64,000 nt of DNA, from the NCBI GenBank assembly GCA_038087875.1, contig CM075988.1, forward strand, positions 3,224,001 through 3,288,000. Direction: 5' to 3'. Shown in pieces: positions 22,995 through 36,929 of the stretch. The notes beneath the pieces are model-generated. The model had not been told where the DNA came from, made no database searches, and worked only from the letters and a program-made list of their open reading frames with translations. This stretch comes from Malacoraja senta (lineage: Eukaryota). How positions within the stretch are numbered: the stretch's first letter is position 1; each line of letters begins with the position of its first letter. Both the position numbers and the translations under genes were made by a program.

Positions 22995-23157
22995 ACACAG
23001 ATACACACACACACACACACCCAGACACACACACCCAGACACACACACACACACAGACACACACACACACACACACACACACCCAGACACACACACTCAG
23101 ACACACACACACACAGACACACACACACACACACACACACCCAGACACACACACTCA

Positions 23158-23193
<36 letters not shown>

Positions 23194-23325
23194 TACACAC
23201 ACACACACACACCCAGACACACACACACAGACACACAGACACACAAACACACACACACAGACACACAGACACAGATACACACACAGACACACAGACACAC
23301 ACACACACAACAGACACGCACACAT
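22995..23325. repeat. Interrupted (CA)n microsatellite
   Basis: About 330 bp of CA repeats with CAGA/CCCAGA interruptions. Confidence 0.98.
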
Positions 23326-23739
23326 TCCAGATTTCGGAGTTATACCAAGAATGACGGAACTGTTCATTACTGATTCCTTTGGGAAACAAGTCTGAGAGGA
23401 AATCCAATGGCTATTTTAAGTTAACAAAGGGATGTAACCACCAATTGCTGCTTCCACCAAACTCACTATCTAGCAAAGTCACACTTGGGCAGTGAATTCC
23501 AGATACTGCGTACAAATCACTGACGCTGATATGTGGTATGCATGCTCGGAGCGGAATTTCCTGGGAGGGGTGTGGGAGGGTGATCTTTACTCAGAGGGTG
23601 GGGAGAACATAGAACAACCACCCACTGTGGAGGGGTCTGATAGAGATATATACATTAACGACGAAAATTGATAAGGTAGATAGTTTAAAACTTTTTCCCA
23701 TGGTGGCTGGTCTAGGACAAGAGGGCAGGTTTGAGGTAA

Positions 23740-24025
23740 GGGCCGCACAGTCGTGGTAGAGTGGCTGCCTTACAACGCCAGAGACCCGGGTTCGATCTGG
23801 CTAGAGGTGCTGTCTGTACTGAGTTTGTACATTCTCCCCGTGATCTGCGTGGGTTTTCTCTGAAATCTTTGGTTTCGTCCAACACTCGTATAGGTTTGTA
23901 GGTTAATTGGCTTGGTGTAAATTGTCCCTAGTGTGTGTTGGGTAGTGTAGGATATGCAACTTGTGTAAAAAGATAACCTGGGTGGCATAGTCATGGTGGG
24001 CTGAAGGGCCTGTTCCAAACTGTAG
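23740..24025 (+). mobile_element. HE1-type SINE
   Basis: B box GGTTCGATC, core and tail present. Confidence 0.75.
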
Positions 24026-25475
24026 ACTTTGTAAAGGGTTTCGACCCAAAACATCACCCATTCCTTCTCTCCAGAGATGCTGCCTGTCCTGCTCAGTTAC
24101 TCCAGCATTTGTGTGTCCATCTCAGGCAATGGGTCTGCTGGGGAAAAGGGACGATATCTGTCCTGTAATTACATCAAAATACACAAATCTTGTATTTCGT
24201 AATAAATCTAATTTGTGGATCAAAGCCTGAGAATACAGCGAGCATGTGAGCTTTGTTACATGCTCACTGAGTTGAACAAGGTCACAAAGAATTTAGTGTT
24301 CACCCTAGTGGTTTCTCCACTTACAGGCAAGGTCTCTCTGCAGTTCATATAAAACACAGACTTTTGTTCTGGCTGCAGAAAAGCTTTTGGAACAGCCTGA
24401 GTTATTACAGTGAGGCCGAGGAGATGAAATAATGAGCCCATCCTTTCCTGTTTTGAAATGTGGTTTAAAAATATCAGTGCGATTTTTTAAAGACTATTTT
24501 GTGGTAAGGTAAAGTAGAGAGGAGAAGTGGGTTAAAACGTTGAATAGTAGTTAGACGTTTACAACTTTAAAAACAAAGACTGCAGATGCTGGTTTATACC
24601 AAAGATAGATACTTAGTAGCAATGTTACAATATTTTGAGATTTAAAAAATAAAGTCCGCAATTTATCCCATCAGATAAAGCATAAAAAGAAGTTTAATTT
24701 GACACTTAATTCACTTTCATATCTCCAGTATTAAAAAAGTTATGGCCATTATCATACTCAGAAATTAGCATCTAGTTCCCTATTGCTTTTCCATTCACTT
24801 AACACAAAAGCTGTGATCGAGGACAGTTAAAAGCCCATAACTTTCTTAAAAATTATGATAACTGAAAGAAATTTTCAGTTATTATAGATTGAAGCATTCT
24901 GAAACAAATATGAATAAAAGGAGTCATTTACAGTGTACAGTGTACAGATATAGGTCCGTGAATAGTTCTGGGGAGGCTCCGTGGCTGATTATGTTCAAGG
25001 CAAGAAGTTGACAGGTTTTTGGATGTGAAGAGAATCATGAGAAATTGAGTTGGTACAGGATCGTGTTGCTGGGGTCGGGCATCGACTGTGTCCTCATTAA
25101 ATGCACAGCAGAGCTAAGGGGCTGAATGACCTATGCCCTTTATCTCTTCCGTTCTATCTTTTTGTGGTTCACGTGGGTCCTTTCCTGCTGAGGTTTTCTC
25201 TGCTGCCTCTTTGTGAGTAATTGGAAAATGTTCTGAATTAGTATCATCATCCGTTTGTAGCCCATAACCACATCTTTCCCCTACTGCTAACGTCTCTGGC
25301 TTTTGACCTGTATTCTCTGTAAGGCATTGGCTGCTTTGACTAGACTTGGAATCGTAGAAACATAGAAACACAGGTGCAGTAGTAGGCTATTCAGCCCTGA
25401 GCCAAAACCTCCATTCAATATGATCATGACTGCTCATCTAAAATTAATACCCCATTCCTGCTTTTTAGTCTTAAA

Positions 25476-26325
25476 TAACCATATAACCATATAACCATAT
25501 AACCATAACAGCACGGAAACAGGCCATCTCGGCCCTTCAAGTCCGTGCTGAACTTAAAAAAAAAAAATTTTTTAATTAAAAATAAATACTTCCCCCTAGT
25601 CCCATCTACCTGCACTCAGACCATAACCCTCCATTCCTTTCCCGTCCATATACCCATCCAATCTATTTTTAAAGGATAACATCGAACCTGCCTCCACCAC
25701 TTCCACTGGAAGCTCATTCCACACAGCTACCACTCTCTGAGTAAAGAAGTTCCCCCTAATGTTCCCCCTAAACTTCTGTCCCTTAATTCTCAAATCATGT
25801 CCCCTTGTTTGAATCTTCCCTACTCTCAATGGGAAAAGCTTATCCACGTCCACTCTGTCTAACCCGCTCATAATTTTAAAGACCTCTATCAAGTCCCCTC
25901 TTAACCTTCTGCGCTCCAAAGAATAAAGACCTAACTTGTTCAACCTTTCTCTGTAACTTAGTTGCTGAAACCCAGGCAACATTCTAGTAAATCTCCTCTG
26001 TACTCTCTCTATTTTGTTGACATCCTTCCTATAATTAGGCGACCAAATTGTACTCCATACTCCAGAATTGGCCTCACCAATGCCTTGTACAATTTTAACA
26101 TTACATCCCAACTTCTATATTCAATGCTCTGATTTATAAAGGCCAGCACACCAAAAGCTTTCTTTACCACCCTATCTACATGAGATTCCACCTTCAGGGA
26201 ACTATGCACAGTTATTCCTAGATCCCTCTGTTCAACTGCATTCCTCAATTCGCTACCATTTACCGTGTACGTCCTATTTTGATTTGTCCTGCCGAGATGT
26301 AGCACCTCACATTTGTCAGCATTGA
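25476..26325 (-). mobile_element. CR1/HER1-type LINE 3' ~850 bp with (TTATATGG)n tail
   Basis: LHLGRTN...RDLGITVHSSLK..HVDRVVKKA...LEYGVQF/WSPNYRKD..ERVQRRFTRM..LYSLERRRLRGDLIEVFKI..TRGH..FFTQRVVAVWNELP. Confidence 0.92.
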
Positions 26326-26711
26326 CTTCCTTCCGCCCTGCTTCTGTAAATGTCTTTCTTGTTTATTTTTACTCGCTGTGTTCCTTTCACTATGGAGCAT
26401 ATTTCTGTGGATACTCTTGGTCCACATCTCATTGATGTCCGAAGATTCAGTCTGAAGCAGTGTCTAATCTCAGAACATCATCCATTCCTTCTTTCCAGAG
26501 ATGCTGCCTGTCCCGCTGAGTTACTCCAGCTTTTTGTGTCTATCTTGATTTAAACCAGTACCTGCAGCTCCTCTCTACACATCTCATTGATGTCCGGCTT
26601 CGAGCTCCTGATCAGGGTCTTTGCTAGTTTGCCTGTTTGTGGTGTCACATGGCAGGTGAACTGTCCTCAGTGTGAAGACCGGACTTTATGTCCACAAGAT
26701 CTTCCACCAAG

Positions 26712-27008
26712 ATGGCATGGTGGGCAGCAGTACAGTTGCTGCCTTACACCGCCAGAGACCCGGGTTCGATCCTAACTAAAGTTGCGGTCTGTACGGCATT
26801 TGTACGTTCTCCTCGTGACCTGCGTGGGTTTTCTCCGGGTGTTCCGGTTTCCTCCCACACTCCAAAGACGTGCAGGTCTGCAGGTTAATTGGCTTCTATA
26901 AATTGTAAATTAACCCTAATGTGTAGGATAGTGCTAGGGTACGGGGTGATTGTTGGTCGGCGCGGACTCTGTGGGCCGAAGGGCCTGTTTCCATGCTGTT
27001 TCTCTAAA
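26712..27008 (+). mobile_element. HE1-type SINE
   Basis: A/B boxes, core and GGGCCGAAGGGCCTGTTTCC tail. Confidence 0.85.
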
Positions 27009-29789
27009 ATCATGGACAGATGCAGCTGCTACAGGTAGATTAGTCAGGACAACGTCAAATGTATCTATCCCTGGTGTTAGACACAAAAAGCTGGAGTAAC
27101 TCAGCGGGTCAGACAGCATCTCTGGAGAAAAGGAATGGGTGACATTTTGGATTGTGACCCTTCTTCAGACTGTCACCAATTCCTTCTCTCCAGAGATGCT
27201 GTTTGAGCCACGGAGTTACTCCAGCTTTTTGTGCCTATCTTTAGTTTAAGCCAGCATCTGCAGTTCCGTGCTACATATTAGTTCATTGCCTACATGCCCC
27301 AGACCTGTCTGGTTGCTGTGCCTTCAGGACTTGGTGCTTGGTCCATGCAGGAGTTGCCAAACCATTCATCGTAGTGGACTCTCATGTTCCCACCCAGAGA
27401 ACATTTGCCCTTTGCCTATGCTATTTTGAGTGCTTCCTTCAAGTGTCTCTCTGTGTCGGCTCATCAGCTGACGGAGTCAGTAATGATAATCAGGAGACAC
27501 AAGAAACCGCAGATGCTGGAATCTTGAGCAAAACACAAAGTGCTGGAGTAACTTGGCTTGTCAGGCAGCATCTGTGGAGGGAATTGACAGGTGGCGTTTC
27601 TGGCCTTCTTCAGCCTAATTGTAGTGGTGGGGGGGGGGGGAGGGGGTGGAGAGAAAGCTGTAAAAGAGAGGTGGGGGCGGGACAAAGCCTGGCAAGTGAT
27701 AGGTGGGAAAAAAAGGCAGCTGGTGCTGGAGTAATTCAGTGGCTCAGTCAGCATCCTTGGAGAACATGGATTGGTGATGTTCTCAATCGGGAATCTTCTT
27801 GAGAAGTGATAGGTGGATACAGGTAAGGGAGTGGGGGTGGGATTATTTGGTAGATGGGTGGACAAAGGCTATTGGAAAGGAGACAAAAGGGAGTCAGGTA
27901 AGGAGAGGTGAATTGAAATGTGAAGCCAGTGGGATTCCAGGAGTTGTTGTTCTTGCCCTTGTTTCACCTGATGTCATGAGACTTGATGGTGTCTAAGGTT
28001 AACGATGAGCTCTTCAAAGGCTGTTCCCTGCGTGTCAGTGCTGTTGGGTGCAACTGGGACAGGAACTACACAGTGTGCACACAGTGATTCTCTGAGAACG
28101 TCTGTCTCAGCTCAGACCCAGTCTCTAGATGTACGAAGGACTCTCCCTGATAGATAGACACAATTCGCTCGAGTAACTCAACGGGTCAGGCAGCATCTCT
28201 GGAGAACATGGGTAGGTGACGTTTTGGGGCGGGACCCTTCGTCGGACTGATTGTGGGACGTGGAGGGCAGAACTAGAAGCAAGAAAAGACCAAGACCAGG
28301 ACAAACCAGGGTCTTTTCTTGATTCCAGTCCCCCCCCCCCCCCCCTCCCTGCCTCTCCCCCCTCACAATCAGTATGAAGAAGAGTCTCGATCCGAAACGT
28401 CATCTATCCATGTTGCCTGACCTGCTGAGTTGCTCCAACATAATATGTCAATCTTTGGTGTAAACCAGCATCTGCAGTTCATTTTTATTACTTCTGATCG
28501 GTTGGGAGCGACTTTGTCGTGGTCAATTTTGGTGTCTTTGTCATTGCCAGGTGCTTTTGTCAGTTAGATTCCTATTTTAGATATTGCATTAATGGCACAA
28601 CTGACTTGCTGGACCTCTTCATGGAAACATTTTGAGATTCAATTACAGTGGATGCCAGAGCCTGGATAGCAGATGAATCGTCTAGACACAGACATAGATC
28701 TGCCAGCTGAGGTTATAGGACATTTGGACAGGTATTGGTCCAAAGATTTATGGGTATGGGCCAAACTCAGGCAGGTGGGACTAATGTAGATGGGGCATCT
28801 TTATCGGTAGGGACAAGTTGGGCTGAAGAGCTTGTTTCCATGCTGTATCTGAGAATTAACTTTCATGTTTTAAGAACAATCTGAAAGTAAAAAGAATTGT
28901 TCAAATTTGTTCAGTAAAAGTCCTTTCAGTAAAGGAACCTGCTCTCCTCGCCAACTCTGGTTACACACTTCCACACCCAAGTTGTTTGACACTCTTGCTT
29001 TTAAAACTGGCCTGATGTGGCACAGAAGGAGGCACATCATCGGTGTACGGTGAGGGGGGGAAAGATTTAACAGGTCGGACTTAAGATTTAATATGAGGGG
29101 CAAGGTTTTACACAAGGAACAAACTACAGGAGGGGATAGTTGATGCAGGTTCTATCATCACATTTAAAAGTCATTTGGATAGGTACATGCATGGGCGGAA
29201 ATCCTGGGAGAGGACGGTTGAAGCCCCTGCCGGCTGATGAAAGACCCTGTGAACAGGCCGATTCAATGTTTTGATAGCAATTTCCATGCCTGGGTACATG
29301 CATCGGCAAGATGTGTAGGGAATGTAATAAAAAGGAACTGCAGGTGCTAGTTTATGCCAAAGATACACACAAAATGCTGGAGTAACTCAACGGGTCAGGC
29401 AACATCTCTGGCGGAAATGAATAGGTGACGTTTCAGGTCGGGGCCCTTCTTCAGACGACATTTCGGGTCAGGACTCTTCTTCAGAAGGTTTAAAGGGATG
29501 TGGGCCAAACGCAGGCAGGTGGGACTAGTGTAGATGGGGCATCTTGGTTGGCATGGGCAAGTTGTGCCGAAGGGCCTGTTTCCACACTTTGTGGCTCGAT
29601 GACTTCACCAACACAGCGACAACTGCAGCTTGACAACAAATGTGACTGTGAGGAGCCACTGTGAAACTAGTAAATGTGTTACTAGATGCTAGTCTTGTTA
29701 TCAGTGCTCACATTCTGCCTAAAAGTCTGATTCATTGCTTTAAATTCACAGTTTGATTCAGTTGGTCATGCTTCATTGAGTGCAAGGTT

Positions 29790-30105
29790 GCAGATTGAGT
29801 TGAAAGATACATCATGGAAACAGGCCATTCAGCCCACTGGGCCCATGCTGACCATTGATCACCCATTCGCACAAGTTGTATGCTATCCCACTTTCTCATC
29901 CACACCCTACACACTGGGGGCAATTTACAGAAGGTCAATTAATGCACGACCCCGCACGTCTTTGGGATGTGGGAGGAAAGCGGGGCATCCAGGGGAATCC
30001 CATGCGGTCACAGGGAGAATGTGCAAACGCCCGAGGTCAGGATCGAGTGTGGGTCACTGGCACTGGAGGAAGTGGCTCTAACCACTGGGACACAGTGCCG
30101 CCTCT
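29790..30105 (-). mobile_element. HE1-type SINE (older, diverged)
   Basis: Reverse-complement SINE layout from tail (GGAAACAGGCC) to head (CACAGTGCCGCC). Confidence 0.7.
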
Positions 30106-30599
30106 TGTCTTTACAAAGCTGTTAAGCCTCAGTGTGGTACATTGTTCAACTTGGTGTTTGGATGTGGTGTGATGGTTAGGATTACTCAGTCTGCTCCAGA
30201 TAGTCTTGCTGTGTACAAAATAACAGATGCAGTGGTCTGTAAACATGAGCCACACTCACCTTGACTTTGTAATGAACACCTTTTCTGTTTTTTGAGTTAC
30301 ATTATACACCATTGCAAACCCTTTTTTCTATTGCTTAATTGTATAATATTTCACTTGTGTAATGACTTTTGCCCTGAGTTGTGGTAAGTGGTTATTCTTA
30401 CTTGAGCGTTAATGGATATACCTTTCACACACGTTATTTAAAAAAGGCAACAGAACAGAAGATAGCTAAAATTCTCATGAGCTCTGGTGTCTCCTGGTGT
30501 TAACCATAAATAGTTCACTGGTTTATTTCAGATATCATTATCTCATCTTGGAAATTGTGGAGACATGATGTGATCACTGCACATTTGAATGAATTAATT

Positions 30600-31286
30600 G
30601 ATTGAACGATACACCATGGAAACAGGCCCTCCAGCCCACAGAGTCCACTTTCGCCCGTTCACACTAGTTCTATGTTGTTCCACGTCCTCATCCACTCCCT
30701 ACCCACAAGGGATGACTTGCAAATGCCAATTAACCTGCAACCATGCACGCTTTTGGGCTGTGGGAGGAAACCAGAGCTTCTGGAGGAAACTCATGCAGGG
30801 AGAATGAGCAAAGCCCGCACAAACATCACCTGAGGTCAGGATCGAACCTGGATCTCTGGTGCTGTGAGGCAGCAACTCCACCAGCTGTGCCATTGTGCTG
30901 CGCCTTACAGTAATTGACAGACTGGGACAGGTGTGTTGTTGGGCTTGTTGAGTGGTCTTGCTGCCATTTGCCCATGAGGGCGGCACAGTGACGCAGCGGT
31001 AGAGCTACTGCCTTACAACGCCAGTGACCTGGGTTCAATCCTGACTACTGGTGCTGTCTGTACGGAGTTTGTACGTTCCTCCCGTGACCTGCGTGAATTT
31101 TCTCCGAGATCTTCAGTTTCCTCCCACACTCCAAAGATGTACTTTTATTGGACTTGGTAAAAGGGTAATTGACTTGGTAAAATTGTCCACAGTGTGTGTA
31201 GGGTAGTGCTAATGTGCGGAGATCGCTGGTCGGTGCGGACCTGGTGGGCCAAAGGCCTGTAAATGCGCTATATCTCTAAACTAAAC
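30600..31286. mobile_element. Two HE1-type SINEs head-to-head (30600-30905 minus, 30978-31286 plus)
   Basis: Divergent tRNA-like heads about 70 bp apart, each with core and tail. Confidence 0.8.
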
Positions 31287-33721
31287 CTCCCTGTGCTCTG
31301 AAGAGAGAGACATCGACAGTGTCTATCACACACTGATAGAGATGTACAGCACAGAACCAGGCTCTTCAGCCCAACCCATCCACTCCAACCAAATCGACAT
31401 ATTCCTCCAAACCTTTCCATTGCCCCTCCGACCAGCTGTGCCACTGTGCGTTTTACATTGTAAACACAGGTAGTGTTTACAGATCATAAGGTCATAAGTG
31501 ATAGGAGTAGAATTAGGCCATTCAGCCCATCGTCTACTCCGCCATTCAATCATCATATCTCTCTCGCTAACCCCATTCTCCTGCCTTTTCCCCATAACCT
31601 CTGGTACCCGTACTAATCAAGGTGATGAAAGGTGATGAAAATGCAGGCGGCTGATTAGTTCTTGAGCGAGGAGGACGAGCTTGATCATACTAATGCACGC
31701 AATCTGCGAGAGATCCTTGCTCTCTGGTGTCTTGCATCATATGAGATGACCCTGTGATTTGGGTGAGCAGACCATGTTCATTTATTTGGAGGTGCAAAGA
31801 CAAATTGTACTGGTTTTAAGTAGTTCTGATAATAACTATTACTCTTTCATGATGTGAAATAAAGATTAGAGAAACCCAATTAAGAGCAGGTGCAAAAGGC
31901 ATGATATGCAGCGCAGCTTGCCAAGGGAGAAGATAGCATGTATTTGTGTAAGTCATAACTGGGTACACAGAATCTTGGATAGAGAGATTTGGCAGCTTCT
32001 TCCACCATGGTTTGTTGCCAGTGAACTCGAGCATGCACCCGCACCAAGCTCTCATTTATAACATTGCTGAAATTTGGCTTCATTTAGTGTAGAGATACAG
32101 TGCAGAAACAGGCTCTTCGGCCCATCGAGTCCATGCTGACAACCAATCACCCACTCACACCCACTAGTTTGATGTTATCCCACTTTCTCATCCACTCCCT
32201 GGCCATTAGCGTTAATTTACAGAGGCTAATCGCCCTACAAACCTGCACGTCTTTGGAATGTGGGAGGAAACCAGAGCACCCGGAGAAATCCCGTCGGAAG
32301 GAACTGCATATGCCGGTTTAAACCGAAGATAGACACAAAAAGCTGGAGTAACACAGCTGGTCAGATAGCATCTCTGGTAAATAGGATTGGCGATTTCGGG
32401 TCGGTGTGAAGAAGGGCCTCGACCCGAAACGTCACCTATTCCTTTTCTCCAGAGATGCTGCCTGTCCCGACTCCAGCCTTTTGTGTCTACTTGTCAGGCA
32501 GAAGCCTGTGTTGTAACGTTACTGGAACAGCTCGGTTGGGATACGGACACAAGGAACTGCAGATGCGTGTTTACTGAAAAAGACACAAAGTGCTGGAGTA
32601 ACCCAGCTAAGGGGTAATCTTTTAGAGGTGTTTAAAATCATGAGGGGAATAGATCGTGTTAATGCACAGTTGTTTATCCAGGGTAGGGAAGAACCAGAGT
32701 ACGTAGGTGTAAGGTGAGAGGGGAAAGATTTAAAAGGTAGCTGAGGGACAACTTTTCCACACAGAGGCTGGCATGTACCTGACATGAGGTGCCAGAGGAA
32801 GTGGTAGAGATGTATTAATATATCATGACAACTTTTAAAAGGCACTTGGACGGGAACAGTTTGGAGGTATGTGGGCCAGGTACAGCCAAGTGGAAACTGG
32901 TTTGGTTTGGCAACTTGGTCAGCATGGATAAGTTTGTGCGCTGTGTAGCTCGATAACCTTTCTCAAGTGGAGTGAACTGAATTGGCTAGAGGCTGGTTTT
33001 CTGTGGCGGTGTGGGGCAATGTCGAGGGATCATTTGTTTGGCTCTGCATGTCGACAACGTGTCGGCCTTTGTTCTGGCCCTCGTATCCCAGCCCTTCCAT
33101 GCTGAAAGATGGAGAGATACTTGGAGCTGCCTCTTCTTGGCAGCCATTAAATTATAGACTACCAGTTGCAGAGGTTTGATCTGTTTTGTGGGATGAGAGG
33201 TTGCTCAGTGCCAGTGTAGGCTGGTTTTGTTTTTTTAACCACAAGCACAGTCCTGTTAGCTGTCCACATTGGACTGGCACCTCGTGGTTTGTAGGTAAGT
33301 CCGGTGTTCCAGCCCGCATGGATTCCGACACTTCTCCATGAGAGGTCCATCCCCAACCAGAGTGAATGATCTGCCAGGGCATGAGGTTACACCTTGTGGC
33401 AGTGGCTGTTTCACCTGTGGCCAATGGTCCCCAGTACTTATGTAGAAACAAGTAGCTGCAGATACTGGTTTATACCAAAGGGACACAAAGTGTTGGAGTA
33501 ACTCAGCCGGTCAGGCAGCATCTCTGGAGGAAAAGGATTGGTGACGTTTAGGGTCGGGACCCTTCTTCAGATTTCTTCAGTCTGAAGATGGGTCCAGACT
33601 TGAAACGTCACCCATCCTTTTTCCCCACAGATGCTTCCTGACTCGCTGAGTTACTCCAACACTTTGTTTTTTCGCTCAGGATTGCAGCATCTGCATTTTC
33701 TTGTGTCTCTATTCTGAGTTT

Positions 33722-34005
33722 ATCCCACTTTTCCTCATCTCAGTCCTAAATGTCCTACCCCTTATTCTTAAACTGTGACCCCTGGTTCTGGACTCCCCCA
33801 ACATGGAGAACATTTTTCCTGCTTCAAGCCTGTCCAATCCCTGAAGTATTTTATATGTTTCTATAAGGTTCCCTCTCATCCTTCTAAATTCCAGTGAATA
33901 CAAGCCCAGTTGACCCATTCTTTCATCATATGTCAGTCCCGCCATCTCGGGAACTAACCTAGTGAACCTACGCTGCACTCCATCAATAGCAAGAATGTCC
34001 TTCCT
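33722..34005 (-). mobile_element. CR1-type LINE fragment
   Basis: RKDILAIDGVQRRFTRLVP..LGLYSLEFRRMRGNLIETYKIL..ESRTRGHSLRI. Confidence 0.88.
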
Positions 34006-34254
34006 CATGGGGAGAACATACAAACTCCGTACACACAGCACCCGTCGTCAGGATTGTGCCCAGGTCTCTGGCGCAGTGAGGCAGCAACCGGCTGCACCAC
34101 CATGCCTCCCTGTTGTAGTGGATGATCCCCTGTTGTACTTGTGCATGGTTTGATTGGACTCATGCATCAAATGATTGGACTGGAGAGCACGCGAGGAAAT
34201 ATTTAATGTTATCTCACAAACACTTTCTTTCAGATAACCTTTAGCAGTATTGTG

Positions 34255-34563
34255 TTTAGTTTAGTTTAGAGATACAACGCGGAACCAGGCCCTTTGGCCC
34301 ACTGAGTCCACGCTGACCAACGTTCAACCGTACACTAGCACTATCCTACACACTAAGGGACAATTTACAAATTTTACTGAAGCCAAATTAACCTACAAAC
34401 CTGTATGCCTTTGGAGTGTGGGAGGAAACAGGAACACCCAGAAAAAAACTCACGTCATCGGGAATGTGTGCAAACTGCGTACAGACAGCACCCTAGGCCA
34501 GGATGGAACCCTGGTCTCTGGCGCCGTGAGGCAGTAACTCTACCGCTGCGCCACCGTGCGCCC
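34255..34563 (-). mobile_element. HE1-type SINE, full length
   Basis: (TAAAC)n tail at the left and tRNA-like head at the right. Confidence 0.85.
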
Positions 34564-35409
34564 CACGGTGCTGCCCCACCAGCTGACGTTGGAGCACCTG
34601 CCATTGTTTAATAAGTACGACCACAAAGATAGTAATGTCTGAGTTTCTCCAAGCTCCATGTGCAGGAGATGCGGAAGGAATGTGTCGGCCCCAAGCATCA
34701 CGATGCATGGTGCAGGAGGGAGAGCTTCTCATGAGTGAGTTATTGGCACAAATTGCTGGAGTTACTCAGCGGGAGGGTCAGCATCTCCGGAGAGAAGGAA
34801 TGAGTGACGTTTCAGGTCGAGACCCTTCATCCGTCTGAAGAAGGGTCTCAACCCAAAACGTCACCCATTCCTTCTCTCCGGAGATGCTGTCTGTCCCACT
34901 GAGTTACTCCAGCATCTTGTGTTATGTTTGATTTATACCAGCGTCTGCAGTTCCTTTCTACACAGTGAGTTCTTGGCACTGGTTCTGGGGGAGGAGGATA
35001 GATGGGTTGTGCCTCAAGAGGGCTGTGGTCGGTTCCCCTGCATTGAGGAACACTGATGTGGTGAGAATTGAATTGAATCAATTTTACTAGTCGGCGTGGA
35101 CTCGGAGAGCCGAAGGGTCTGTTTCCGTGCTGAATCTCTAAACTAAACTAAATAAACTTTAGTTTAGTTTAGAGATGCAGCGTGGAAACAGGCCCTTTGG
35201 CCCACTGACTCGCCACAGGGACAATTTGCAATTATATCAAGCCAATTAACCTTTGAATCTGTGCAATCTTGTGGCGTGGGAGGAAACCGGAGATCCAGTT
35301 CACGGGATGGATGTACAAACTCCGTACTGATAGCACCCAGTCAGAATCGAACCAGGACCTCTGCTATAAGGCAGCAACTCTACCGTTGTGCCACCGTGAC
35401 ACCATCTTG

Positions 35410-35835
35410 TGTTATAGTTTACAGTTTAGTTTAGTTTATTGTCACGTGCACCGAGGTACAGTGAAAAGCTTTTGTTGCGCGCTAACAAGTCAGCAGAAAG
35501 ACAATACATGATTACAATCGAGCCATTTACAGTGTATAGATACATGATAAGGGAATAACGTTTAGTGCAAGGTATAGCCAGCAAAGGCTGATCAAGGATT
35601 GTACGAGGGTCACCAAAGAGGTAGATAGTAGTTCAGCACTGCTCTCTGTTTGTGGTAGGATGATTCAGTTGCCTGATAACAGCTGGGAAGAAACTGTCTC
35701 TGAATCTGGAGGTGTGCGTTTTCACACTTCTATACCTTTTGCTTGACGGGAGAGGGGAGAAGAGGGAGTGACCAGGGTGTGACTCGTCCTTGATTATGCT
35801 GCTGGCCTTGCCGAGGCAGCGTGAGGTATAAATGC
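35410..35835 (-). mobile_element. Rex1/Babar-like LINE 3' end
   Basis: Minus strand FSPLPSSKRYRSVKTHTSRFRDSFFPAVIRQLN, then UTR, TGACAATAAAC and a (TAAAC)n tail. Confidence 0.7.
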
Positions 35836-36234
35836 GACATTATATTCATCACCCATTTAAAAAAACCCAAACATTCTGGACCAAAAAGATGATCTCTGCA
35901 GAGAGTGAGAAGACATATTTGGCACAAGCAAGGAGAACTTTGTACCAGTCTTCAATTGAGCTCTTTAGCAGCACTCCCTTCTGTAAGAACAGAGTTACTG
36001 GCAAGTGAACAATATTGAGAAAGTGGAAAGAAAATGTGCTTTGAAATTACTGAAGGTTTTCCCTGAATCTTCCATTCCTTTCTGGGATAAGAGGTTCTGG
36101 TGAATAGTGATAAAACTAATTCCATCTGCCGTTTGTTTACCCAGCAGAGTTCCTTTTAGTTTACTACAAAGATCAAATTTGTAAATGAGTTGCACATTTT
36201 TGAAATTTCACTCTCAGGAGTTTTCAGACTGAAG

Positions 36235-36890
36235 GACAGTAGAGTGATACAATGTGGTAACAGGCCCAATACCCAACTTGCCAACATGCCCCATCTACAC
36301 TACTCCCACCTGCCTGCATTTGACTCGTATTCCTCTTAGATTATCCTAACCATGTACCTGTCCAAATGTTTCTTAAACATTGCAATAGTATCTGTCCCAA
36401 CAACTTCCTCCGGCAGCTCGTTCCATATACCCACCACAATTTGTGTAAGGAAGTTACTGCTCAGTTTCCTATTAAATCTTTCCCCCCTCATCGAAAACCT
36501 ACATTTTCTGGTTGTCGATTTCCCCTACTCTAGGCACGAGACACTGTGCGTTTACCCGATCTATTCCTCTCATGATTTTGTACACTTCTATAAGATCGTC
36601 CTGCACTCCAAGGAATACAGTTGTAGCCTGCTCAACCTCTCCCTATAGCTCAGACCTTTGGGTCCTGGCAACATCCTCGTAAATCTTCTCTGCATCCTCT
36701 TCAGCTTGACACCATCTCTCCTATAACATGGTGCCCAGAACTGAACACAATACTCTAAATACGGCCTCACCAACGTCTTATGTACCTACAATATAATCTC
36801 CTAACTTCTATACTTAATACACTGACGAGGGCCAAAGTACCAAAAGCCCTGTTGACTACCCTATCTACCTGTAATGCCACATTCAAGTAA
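36235..36890 (-). mobile_element. CR1-type LINE 3' fragment
   Basis: LQVDRVVNRAFGTLA / VRPYLEYCVQFWAPCYRRD..RMQRRFTRMLPG. Confidence 0.85.
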
Positions 36891-36929
36891 GCAGTGGTGA
36901 TCTCAGGTTTCAATCTTGGGACCATACTC

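Noticed and set aside
22947..23407. His/Thr- and Cys/Val-rich ORFs
   Set aside because: They are translations of a (CA)n microsatellite.
29197..29292. CTGATGA in a ~100-bp insert flanked by GGTACATGCAT repeats, as a hammerhead or C/D snoRNA
   Set aside because: No GAAA core with a stem II and no proper C/D box arrangement; probably a fragment of another repeat.
33246..33300. Micro-exon ending at TAG|GTAAGT
   Set aside because: Isolated splice-like motifs are expected by chance in 64 kb and there is no other support.
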